This document shows positions 39,747 through 51,100 of a stretch of DNA of 64,000 bases, one piece after another (within the stretch, counting starts at the first letter, position 1; each line of letters opens with the position of its first letter). The stretch is taken from NCBI RefSeq assembly GCF_025526975.1, contig NW_026515678.1, positions 558,001-622,000 on the forward strand, read 5' to 3'. Under the pieces are notes generated by a model, which saw nothing but the letters and a program-made list of their open reading frames with translations, was not told the origin of the DNA and did not search any database. Position numbers and translations under genes: made by a program. Origin of the DNA: Fimicolochytrium jonesii. Its lineage: Eukaryota.

Positions 39747-40772
39747 TCACCCTAATGGAGCTTGCGATCCAATCCCTCGCATTTTCTGCGTCCCCGTTGG
39801 CCCCAAATTAGATTGCAGAACATCTTGCAGACTGGCAGCGGTTGTGATGCTGGTGGCCAGAGCCTGACCTTGCCGAGCGACCTTTTTAACCTCCTCAATT
39901 ACCGGCCCTAATACTCCAATAATAGTGTCCACCTCCGCCATCGCCCCATTGCCCAGATCGCCACATGCCAGCTTCTTCACTACAGGATCGATAACTCTGT
40001 ACCCTAGAATCGACGTACACACTTCCAAATGTCGTGCAGTGAAGGGATGCGTCCACATGTGCATGTTCATCGCTGGGCAAAGAATCACCGGTTTGGACGT
40101 ATCCCATGCACGGAGGACGCATGTTAGGAGGTTATCAGAAGCGCCTGAGGCAAGTTTGGAGAGTGTATTGGCGGACAGCGGTGCTATGAGTAGCAGGTCA
40201 GCCCAGGCTCGCAGCTATGAGGGAAGAGATGTCAGCTTCAAAAATTGGGTCATCACTGTGTCATGAGTGTTCACCACTTACGTCGATATGTAAGACTGGG
40301 TCCGACATTTTAGTCCAGGCTGCCCATTCTTCGGCGTCGGTGTAAACTGGAACCCCTTCCGCCTCAACTTCTGTACGATTGAAGAAGTGAAGGGCGTGTG
40401 TTGTGGATATGACCTTTATTTCTATATCGCTCTGTATCGGAGCCAAATAGTGCATGATGATCAGCACCTGGGTTCCCAACCAAAGTAAACCTGCTAAACT
40501 ATCGGTGTGTATTTGTGCAAATTTACCGCTCCGGCCGTCCTCCGCCAGCCCAAATCCGAGCCCTTCAAGGCCGGACGAACATACTAGCCCCACTGCCAGT
40601 AACTACTTTCTTGATTTCCATTCCCCCTTGTCCTCTTTCAACGAACCTTATGCAGTTCCTTGAGCTTCCGCACTAAGATGGGCATCTTGATGCTCGCCAC
40701 GCTTCCGGACGCGGCAAGGAGGATGCGTGGCGCACCGGGTAAGCGGACGGTTGTGCCGTTGGCGTACTGCAT
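39747..40772 (-). CDS. PPCDC: Phosphopantothenoylcysteine decarboxylase (PPCDC; HAL3/CAB3-family flavoprotein) with an atypical C-terminal extension; 3 exons
   Basis: RILLAASGSVASIK; TDAEEW...DPVLHID|LRAWADLLLIAPLSANTLSKLASGASDNLLTCVLRAWD; PAMNMHMWTHP; KKLACGDLGNGAM (catalytic His and Cys motifs present). Confidence 0.93.
39780..39881 (-). pseudogene. Fragment of a chaperonin CCT6 (TCP-1 zeta) N-terminus, read in frame as the PPCDC tail
   Basis: VARQGQALATSITTAASLQDVLQSNLGPTGTQKM aligns without gaps to the CCT6 N-terminus as recalled ([34 protein letters not shown]). No further chaperonin sequence follows. Confidence 0.8.
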
Positions 40773-41151
40773 GCTGCTTTCCTATGCATATGACGTGAGT
40801 GTTGGGAGTCGTTGGAGCACTTGTATCGGATCTAAGACTATGTATGAGGACGAATGCTTTGTTGGTACTGTATGTATATTGGAGAGAGTTGCGGCCTTTG
40901 CGGCCTTCCGCTGGTCTTTCTCGTGACGCTTCCAGGACTTGCCCGCGCCTTTCTCAATCTCCACAATCACCGTGGGAATCTTGGAAAGTCTAAGACGACG
41001 ACAGCAACGCCACAACAGGGAACGAACGATTACCAACCGCAGCTAACGTTGCCTCCAACCCTCGAACGAATATCACTCAGCCAGCAGTGAATTCCGACCG
41101 GCACACCGCTCTCTCCTCACATAAGTGCTCCAAAAGTGGGTGCTAACCGCA

Positions 41152-41511
41152 ATGGAACCTCTTCGCAACAACAACACCAGCGGCACCAGCCACCGTTTCG
41201 CCTCCGACGCCCAGCTCCCCTCCCCTCACCAACCCGCACCTTCCGAGGCCCCCGCCACCACCGCTCCCACAACATCATCCCTCACAGTCGAATCCGCGAC
41301 GACCACCGTCAACCCCGATCTCCCCCACCTCCGACTCCAAGGCGCAACCGTCCTCGCTTACGCCTCCGCAGCAATCGTGCACCCGCCCGGCACATTCTTC
41401 ACCGAACCGGTCAACCCGTTCATGAGGGCGCATGGGAAGGCGGTCGAGGGGCAGGTTGGGGCTGTGAGGGGGGTCAGGGGGGGTGGTGGGGTTTGGGGGG
41501 AGGGGGTTTGA
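41152..41511 (+). CDS. Possible small orphan protein, divergent from PPCDC (exon structure unresolved)
   Basis: ATG-initiated ORF with C-ending codon bias like neighbouring genes; no recognisable domain; may splice further towards about 41786. Confidence 0.3.
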   Translation: MEPLRNNNTSGTSHRFASDAQLPSPHQPAPSEAPATTAPTTSSLTVESATTTVNPDLPHLRLQGATVLAYASAAIVHPPGTFFTEPVNPFMRAHGKAVEGQVGAVRGVRGGGGVWGEGV

Positions 41512-42263
41512 GCGGGGATAGGGGTCGGATTGACGGATGAATAGGGGAGGGTGGGGGATGGGCGTTGATAGGATGCGTGGATCAACATGGAGAGGGTTAT
41601 TCCTTGCGCAAATCTAGTATAGGGTGGATCCCTGAAGACCATCGCAATGAAGACGGCCAACCCTCTGAGGAGAGAGAGCCAGGGGTGAGGAGAACGATTG
41701 TAGTTGAAGGTAATGTTCGCTTCCCACTACTGACCAAACCTCTCTTCGAAAGGCTCCCTAACAAGGATCAACACGCTATGGGATGAATGTAGTAAAGCAT
41801 TTACGGCGTGCGGCCCCGATCATGCATCATGCAAACGCTCAGCGCCAGAAAACGAAAGAGTATATGTAAATCTCAGGCTTGTAAAAAAATTGCTCATTTG
41901 TACATATATAAGTTACTGGTATACGCTGGTTTTGAAATAAAGTGCCAGTATGGCAGAAGAATCTGGAACTATCGCGGCATATGGAAATATCTACACTGAA
42001 GGATTTCGGTCTCATGCCACCGGCGGATGGGCGAAGGATACGGCGGCGGTGGGATGTGGAGGCCGGGCCCAGGGTTGCGGCGCAACCGAAAGCGGAGAGA
42101 ACGGGAGGCCGCGACGCGCGTGGGACTCCTCATACGTCGGGATTGGTCTAACAGCGCAGGACCGGGTGTGTGGGCGGCTTGGAGGGAGGGAGGAAGGAAT
42201 ACACCCTTGGGGGACATGTGCTGTCGTCTCCAGCAGGGTCTCCCATATTCCGTGTGCCCGACT

Positions 42264-44777
42264 CTAAGGACCGCCCATCATCGCCCCATTCATTTGCACC
42301 ACTTCGTTTTGCTGCAAGACACGCCCCGCATCCCCAGAGACCAGCCCTTCGTCATCCGTTTGTACGGGTGCCGGACTCGCATTTGGAGGTTTCGGTAAAC
42401 GAGGCGCCGGACGTTTCTCGGCGAGGGTCGGAGGGGACGGAGGTTGACGGAGGAGTGGCGTAGGTTCCGAGCGGTACGTACATGTACAGAGAGCCGACGA
42501 TGGCTCATGTCCAAATCTCCCGCAACCGTACTTCTCTATAGTATTGTTCCAAAAAAAAAACGCCAGCATATGCCGGTGTTGACCCTCGCGGTTTCTCTGT
42601 TCAGGGATCGAGTCCACGGACTCAACATCCATTCACCACTGCATCTGTCCCAACGGCGGCGTCCCCAGCCCCGCCACCAGATGCTCCGACGAACTCTGCA
42701 CCGCCTGCGGATCCACGACCTGCACCTGTTGCACCGCCTGCACCACCTGCGACTGCTCCTCCTCAAAAGCCTTAACATTCGCAATCCTCTGCTCGACCAG
42801 ATAAAACACATACTCATCAAACAACAACCTCAACAAATGAAAGCTCCCAAAACTCGTGGCGCTCCTCAACGTCAAATCCCGCATAGCCAAACTGCTGAAA
42901 AACGCCCACTTCAACAAAAACTGCCGCGCGACGTACACGTAGCGCGTTGGGTCGAGCGAGAGCGAGGGGGCGAGGAACCGGTTCACGCAGGTTTCGAGCC
43001 AGGTCGTCCAATGCTGTAAGGAAGAGCCGGAGGATAACAACGCGCGGAAATCGAGCTCCATTAACTGCACCACGTCCTGTTTCCGGCACTCGCATACCCA
43101 AGAGGCCTGATCGAGGATATTCTCGAAATCGATTCTGTTCCAATCGGCCAGCATCTGGGCGACTTGGTCGGGGTTGTCGAGGACGGCGGCGGTGGCTTGG
43201 GCGAGGTGGTTTAGGGAGGTGTGGCGGCGGAGTTGTTGGATGAAGACTTTGACGACTTCGATTTTGCGGGTTGTTAGGAGGGGGGATTGTGTGTGCAGGG
43301 AGGCGAGCATCCAAGGTTCGAGTTGGCGGGCGAATTGCCGGACGGCTTGAATTATTTGGATGGGCATCATTTGGAGGACGTTGGGGAGGAGGAGGTTCAT
43401 TATCGTCTGATGGAAGAAAGAAGGGGATGTTAATGTCGATTCAGTCGACATCATGAGCCAGTAGAAGATGAAGCGCACGGAAACCTACATCATACAGCAA
43501 AGAATCATACCGCCAAATATACTCAATAATATCCGGGCTATTCACAATCTCCCTATCCTGCGTCGACAACCCTTCCCAATACTCGCGTATGATCCCCTCG
43601 ACCTCGTTGAACTTCATGCACTGTATGCTCTGCAACAACTCCTGGCAGTGCTGTTTGTAGCCCTCGAGGAACAACTGGCAGGCGGTGTAGTCGAGATTTG
43701 GGGAAAGTTGTGATGGGTCGAGGGCTGGGAGGGCGGGCATTTGTGCGATGTGAGATTTGGTGGGGTCTTGTTCTTCGAGTTGCTGGTCTTGGGGTGTGTC
43801 GCCTCCTCCTTGTTGCCCCTGTTCAACCGATTCTTCTGATGGCTGTAAACTTTGAAGCTGTTGCTTCCCGTGTTGAGTATGACCATGTTGGACAGATATG
43901 CCGGAATCATGATCCCCGACAAGCCCTGCTGGAGGTGTCGGCGACGAAGCTTGCGATTCGCCACGCCGTGCAGACGAGCTCCTAATCGACGACGTGTAGC
44001 CTTCCCCAAGCGCCACAGAAGCGCTCTCATTCCGCATCTGTATTCCGCAGTAGTGATACTTTGACTTTCCCCTCGTCCCCAGTCTTCTCGTTTTGATGTC
44101 CGGGAACACGCTTCTGATGAGCTTGCCAAACGAAGCAGAATTCACCGGGTCGATCTTGTGATCCACGCAGTACGAGCAATAGTGATCGTAGAGGTTGCTC
44201 CGCGGAATGCTTATCCCTTCGCGCTGCTCGTAATTCTCCATTAACCAATGTGTGACGAGGATGGACCGCGCCTTGTCCGCCTGTGGACCTGTTTCGCCCG
44301 CTTTTGCAGCCAACTGCTCGAGCGTGTCTTTAGATTCGAGCATCAGTTGCCGCATGTCGGATTCGGTGGGGACATGGGTATCACGAGCATTGTCGGGATT
44401 TCGTGCGCTGTGTTCGTGTTCGTCGCCTGAGTGGTCTCCATCGTCATAATGGTCCGTGAAAGACGTGTTCGCGTGAGCGTCTTCGGCTTTTATTGGTGGA
44501 GAGCCGTCGCCTGTTGCCGGAACTGTATATACCACTGTCCCGTGGCCCACCAGTCCGGCTGCCGTTCCCACCGATGTCTGTTTCCCTACCACGGGCAGAG
44601 TAGAATTCTCGTCAGCCTCCACGATACCCTGGGCTGCGGCGGTCATTGCTGCGATATCGGAGGTCAAGTCGTCTACTAGCTTTTGCTGTGACTAAATGTA
44701 AGACGCAGAAAGTGAGTGAGGATGGAAGCCTTCCTAAGTGAGACGATAAGTGAGCAAAGCTGTGGGCGTACCTCCAT
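42264..44777 (-). CDS. RFX-family winged-helix transcription factor with C-terminal extended dimerisation region; multi-exon
   Basis: DBD: WLMENYE...IPRSNLYDHY...PVNSASFGKLIRSVFPDIKTRRLGTRGKSKYHYCGI. LRRHTSLNHLAQA, QMLADWNRIDF, FLLKWAFFSSLAMRDLTLRSATSFGSFHLLRLLFDEY. Micro first exon ATG GAG at 44777 splices in frame to 44691. 3' end uncertain (42633, 42264 or 41969). Confidence 0.92.
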
Positions 44778-44853
44778 GACCCTTCTCCCGCGTGCGTACC
44801 TTGCACCGAGTCAGTAGTACGAGTAAGGTATCAGTTCTTCTTTGATACACAGG

Positions 44854-44858
<5 letters not shown>

Positions 44859-44891
<33 letters not shown>
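44859..44891. repeat. (GTT)11 microsatellite upstream of the RFX start codon
   Basis: Perfect trinucleotide run read directly. Confidence 0.95.
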
Positions 44892-44892
<1 letters not shown>

Positions 44893-45151
44893 GAGCGAGC
44901 GAGGGCCGAGTGGAGAGAAAACGATTGAAGACGGGAGGGGGCGACTTGACTGCGCGCCTGGCGTGACTCACCCGCTTATGTCAGCAGCTTATGTCAGCTG
45001 ATGCTCGCTCTCGGAAAACGCGCAACTCACTCGCACGCGTTGGAGCATTGGGAAGCTTCAAAACACTAGGACAAGGACAAGAGAGAGAGCTTTCTTACGC
45101 TCTTGGATGGTATTGTACGATTGTTTACTTAGTGTATGTACATGGGGCTCC

Positions 45152-48100
45152 CTAATCCGTAAGGCTATATGTCTGCCCAGCTGCCACCGTCTCCAGCGCA
45201 ACAGACAGAGCTGGTATGAAATACTTCCTCTGAGTCCTGAACTTCCTGTCCTCCAAGCCGCCATCACCGTCCTCTTCACCCTGACCCGTTGCACCCCTTC
45301 GCCTCCTGATTCCAGCGCTGCGAATATACCGTAATTCCGCGCCTGGCACAATCCCAATAAGTTCCCGTTCCAGAACATCGGCAGTTATGTCTTCAACGCT
45401 GAAAGTCCGCCATTGCGGCGACAGTTGCGTTGGCTGCAGATGTGATCCTAACGGGACCGAGGTCGGCGGCCGGCTAGCAGAGAATCCACTCGTAAGCCGC
45501 GCCATGCTACTCCCGAACCCGTTACTGCCAAGATTCGACGCGTTGGCCATGGTGTCTCCCCGCGATGGCGTCAATGGCTTGATTCCGCTGCTGCTGGAGT
45601 ACGGTGGGGAGATGGCGAACGGATCAAACGGTAACAGGCTGACGCGTTCCATGGGCATCGAGCGGTTGTATTTGCCAATGTGCATGGATAGATCGGTGCT
45701 TTGGCCTCCGCCGCCTTGCCTGTGGTGGTGGTGCGAACGGTGGGAGAGCTCGGATGGGGATAGGGGCGGGAACTTGCCTATGAGCAGCAGAAGTAACCGG
45801 GGAAGAGTGAAAGAGCATGAGAAAAGCGAGGCTGAAGGACAAGACTCAAACCTCCCAAACTCACTCTGATCATAGTCCAACGTTTCCCTCGACGGATGAC
45901 AAGCACTCCGATGCGTCAACCCAATCCCCTTCGTCCTCATGTCCACCAACCGTCGCTTCCCCCCACCCCCCTCCTCTTTCTCCCTCTCCGCTGCCTTCCC
46001 CTTCACACCCCCCACATCCTTCCCCATCTTTGCCTCCACCAACGCCCTCTTCTTCGCCTCCAACCTTTCAATCCTCTCCCTCTCCTTCTGCGCAGTCATC
46101 TCCATCTTCGCCCTGCGTTCAGCCTCCTCCTTTGCGCGCGCCACACGCGCTTCCTCTTGCGCCCGCAGCTTTGCTAACGCTTCTTGTTCGGCTTTCATTT
46201 GCTGATGTTGGAGGTCCAGCATATAAAAGTTGATCGCGGTGATGAAGTCGGCTGTCAGTGGGTTTTGGAGGATACTGACTGCTGACCGTGCGTTCACCCC
46301 CCCGCTGCCGCTGCCGGTGCTGCCTTGGGTGGTAGGCCGCGACGGAGGCGTGGCGGTATGTCGAGCAATCGAGCGCCTAACACTCTGCTGGAACGTAGCA
46401 TTCGAACCCGATGTCTGGTAACTTTCGTCAACAGCAAGAGACGGCCGGTACGTGATCGACTCCATCAATACCGACATATCCATGTCCATATCCGGCATCG
46501 TGAAAGCCGTCGCAGTCGCCGTAGTCCCACCCGATGTCGACCCCAACGCAGTCGTCGTGTTGATCGCAGGCTTGAGCACCGTCGCGCTGGTCGGCACAAC
46601 CACCGGCTTTCCATCCCCCACAGTGGCCGTGGTCTCCCCACCCGTGGGCCCCATAACCAGATTCGGATCAAACACCACCTTCTTCTTCTTCCCTTTCGTC
46701 TCCGCCGTCTCACCGCCCTCTTTCCCAACAGCACTCCCCGGCCGACTCCGTTTTCCCACATCCGTTTTAGCGGATTTGGCTTTCTTAACCTCAAACCCGT
46801 GTATATTCATCCCCTTCAACTGTGCGCGTACCTCCGTGTTGGGTGTTGCCCGGATCAGGTAGCTTCGTAACGCTGTTTTGAGAAAGTTGGTCACTGTGGT
46901 GCGGAGATCGGGTTGGGGTGGGGGTAGCGTGGAGGGCTTGGGGTGCTCTTCGGGGATTGGTGGGATTTTGGCATTTTTGGTTGTGCTTTTGGCGGCGGGG
47001 CGGGAGGCGGAGGTGGGGCGGGAGTTCGAGCCGGAGGAGGTGCGGGACGGGGGTTTTGAGGTAGGCGGCGGGGGCGCGATGGGGTCCGGGTGGGTGTCGG
47101 CTGGGGGTTCGCCCGCTTTGGGTGTGATGACGGGTTCCGGTGGGGTCTGAATAGATTGAGAAGAATTTGATGAGCACCTTTTAATGGAAACACATGGACG
47201 GCAAGCTCTCTTCTCTACCTTCCCCATAAGCCCGTCCAGCGCACTCGTCAGGAACTTGTTATCGGGCGCATAAACACCCAAAGCTTGCAGATACTCTATC
47301 GCGCGGGCGCTGGTGGGGGGGAAAACACATCAACGGAGGTCAAGAAACCATCACAGATGCTCCGTCCACTCACCGGATCTCCGGCTGCCTCGCCACACTC
47401 TGCACCAACAACCCCGGCACAACCTCCGTATGCGTCGGAGCCAGCTTCGCCATCGTTTCCATTATCGTGCATCTTAACTACAACCCAAAAACACACACTT
47501 CAATAACCCCACCCCCATCTCCCATATCTCCTGAACGCCAACACATACCTTAACCTCCTCCTCCCCTACCTCATCCATCCCATCTACGTCCATCCCCTCC
47601 TCAACAGGCGTCGCCAAATACCGTCCAAGGGCCTTCATAACCCCCGCAACACCGACATCATCGATGCCTTCGAGGTCGTAGAGGTAGTTGATGTATTCAA
47701 GGATCTCGGTGCGGTCTGTGGGTGTTGTTGTGGGGGCGCGGAAGGTTGTGAGGATGGAGGGGAGGAGGTGGGTTGGGGTTGGGTTTGCTTGTTTCTGGTT
47801 GACAGAGGTGTGTGAGAGGGTTCAAAAAATGGGACATGGATCATGAAAAGTAGGACGGACGTACGAGTTTGCGATGGCGCGCGCGGATGGCGGGGGATTG
47901 TTTTCGTGGGGTTGCTGGGCGGGAGGTTGGAGGTGCTGCTGCTGGTGTCGTTGTGAGCCCTGGTGTTCCTGCGGAGGTGGTAATCGGTGCTGGTGTTGAT
48001 GGGGCGGAGGTTGTGAATGGTTTTGATGGGGTGGAGGTTGTGGATGGTTTTGATATTGCCGATGGTGCTGATGTTGCCGACGGAGCCGACGGAGCCGCGG

Positions 48101-51100
48101 GGCTTTTTGCCCCCGGTTTGACTTCAAGTGGTTGGAAGATCTGAGAAGGGAGAAGAGCCACATTGTCAACATCTCGCGTGGATACTATTGTCTCCAAACA
48201 TTCCCCTATACATTACATACCTCATCAACCGGCGCCCAATCATACATCATCAACCTCTCCACCGCCGGCGGGAACACCTCCTCCTCCACACTCTCCTTCC
48301 TCACCACCACCTCCCTCGGCACCAGCGCTTCCACCTTCATCCGATGCGCCGGCAACCTCGACCTCACCGGCGGTTCCCCTTTCTCACCCTCCTCCTCCCC
48401 TTCTCCCGCCGCGTCGGCAGCCGCCTCACCCTCCTCAACCACCTCGACAACCTCCTCCTCCTTCGGCAACCGTTCAAGCATATCCTTCAATCGCTCTTTG
48501 TACTCCTCACTCCGTTTCTTCCTCGCCTCTTCTGCCGCTGTGATTTTATTGACCGCCGCCTGCTTCCCCGCGTTCGCGTCCTGCGCCTGCGCGGTGAGAG
48601 ATAGATCTGTGATCGTGAAGTTGGTATGTGCTTGTTTCCAGGATTCGACCTGCGAGCGGACGAAGGAGTTGGGGAGGGCGCCGTCGGGGGCGGGGATGCG
48701 GGATTTGCGCCGGGTGTCGGTTTCGGTGGTGGGGGAAGGTTCGTCGGGTTTGGAGCCGCGACGCCGGGATTTGCGGGATTTCGCTTCGGAGTGGGTCGGG
48801 AGGCTTGGGCGGTAGGGTTTGGTTCGTGGGGTGGGCTCGTCGGAGTCGGAGGCTGAGTCTAATAATATAATGAGGGATGTGAGCGTTCGCTTTCGGTGTC
48901 TGGAAATCCGCCTTGATGGATGACGGAGTGAAATACATGTTCCTGAGACTTACTTTCTCCTCGCAGCAGCGCCTTCCGCTGCCGTTCTCTCGACCGAATC
49001 CTCAGTTCGCGTTCCTTCTTCTCATTCTCCCGACTTCTAAACCGGCCTTTCCTCTGCGTCGGCGACCCGTCCGCCCCTTCGCTCTCCTCCTCAATATCAT
49101 TCTCCACACCCCCGCGCATCCGCGACCCCCGCCGTCCTTTCATTTCGCCCTCGTAGTCATGCGTCGTCGCCCGTATCTCCATCTCCTCCGCATTCGGCGC
49201 CACATCCCCTGCAACCTTCTGCCGACCCCCATAACTCCCCAATCCATCCCCGCCCCCGCCGCGCATCGACATAGCGTTCCTCAACCGCGAATCCATCTCC
49301 ATCGCGTATTCGCCCAACAAACCCGCCGCAGCCTCCAATTCGCCCGCCATCCGCCCCTTCTCCGACGCCTCACCCGAAGGCGAACGGGGTGTAGCCGGTG
49401 TGGTCGGCTCAAAATCGATTGGAAGCTCCTCCAACTCGACGCTGGAGTTTCCTTTAAACTTGCGCATTTGGAGGTAGCGGCGGAACTCCTCGTGCACGAT
49501 TTCTTCCTGTCGCGCCATGTCGGCCTGGTCGGCTTCCATCCGTTTCCGTGCCGCGTCGATTAGTTGCTGACGTTGGTGGGCGAGGAGTTGCAGCCGCGCC
49601 ATCAGTGCGTTGAACTCGGCTTCTTCGGGCGATGTCAATGTTTCTGCGGACATCGGGGCCGTGGCCGCATCGGTGATCGCACGCTCAGGCACCCCCAGAT
49701 TACATTCGTGGAATAACCGCCAATGCTCATGCCCCTGCATCGCCCCACCCCCAACCCTTCTCGCCCCACCCCCCCGTCGCAAATCCTGCCAACTCAAATC
49801 AAACTCATTAAACGGCACCAACCCCTCCGCCTCCGTCCACCTCCCCCCCGCAACCTTCTGCGCCTGCATCACATATGCCGGGGGTAGGTAACTCCCACCC
49901 CGCATGATATCCAGCCGGTTCTCGAAGGAGAAGATCAGGTCGCCGGCGTCGGATGCGAGCGCGATGTGGTTGATGGATTCGGTGAATTGGATCTCGCGAA
50001 GGAGGGTGTTTTGCGTGTCCCAGAGTTTGAGGTGCCCGTCGTGCGAGGAGGTGAGGAAGAGGGAGAGGGAGGGGATGGGGACGATGGAGGTGATGGCGTC
50101 GGTGTGGTCGTCGGAGCGGTTGTGGGGGTTTATAGGGGTGTAGCCTGTGAGCGAATGGATCAGAAATCACCATCCAGGTGCTTCGGTCCATCGTTCCCTT
50201 GCCTCGCAAAAAGAAAACCGACAACTCTTACTTTTCCTCGCAACATTAAACCGCCACATCTGCACCGAATAATCATCCAACCCGGCACAGATCACATCCC
50301 CCAACACCGCAATCACTCGCGGCACGCCAGGCGTCGGGATCGCGATCTTCGGCACCACATATCCGCTATTCAACGCCGTCGGGACCACGCTAGAGATCCG
50401 GATGTGCTCGTCTACCCCGCTCGTGAAGAGGAGCTGGTGCTCCGTGGAGGCTATCATGTGGGTCATTTCGCCGGCGTGGAGCTGTCGGAATTCATTGGGT
50501 GTCCATCGTATTCAATGCACTGACTGATGAACAACAAAAATGGCAGTGGGAATGCACACATACCTGACATCGGTCCCCCACCGCCCCCCTCCGTTTGTAC
50601 ACCACAACCTGCCCATTGCGCGTCGCTCCAAGCAAGAACGTATAACCCCCCGCCACCGTCGCAGCGTCCAGCGCCCCAACAGGCGTAGCCCCACCCGTTG
50701 CAGGTGTATGGGCATTTCGAAAGGTATCAGGAAACCGCCCTTCGAAGAGGGTCATGAGGTTGCAGTCTTCGCGAGCTGTTGAAGTTGAAAGGGTGAGAGG
50801 TGAGGGGATGGAGACGGGAAAAGGAAGGGATGAACGTACATGACTCGCTAGCCCGCCAGATATCGACCACGGCACATGGGTTGGCGTTGGTTGCGATGAC
50901 CCAAATCTCGTTGTTACCGAGCATCATGTACATCCTATCTGCCATGTCCGCGCAGTTATGTTTGGAAAACATGCTATCAGTAACCAGCCCCGCATCCGCA
51001 TAGAATCAAATGATCCCAAAATAACGCACCAGTCCGCCCGGAATAAGCAATAGCTGTAACAACATCCGTATCCAAAATCGGCAACGCGGCCGTCAACGTC

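Noticed and set aside
28747..40772. CIA1, dolichol kinase and PPCDC as a metabolic gene cluster
   Set aside because: Unrelated housekeeping pathways with no shared chemistry.
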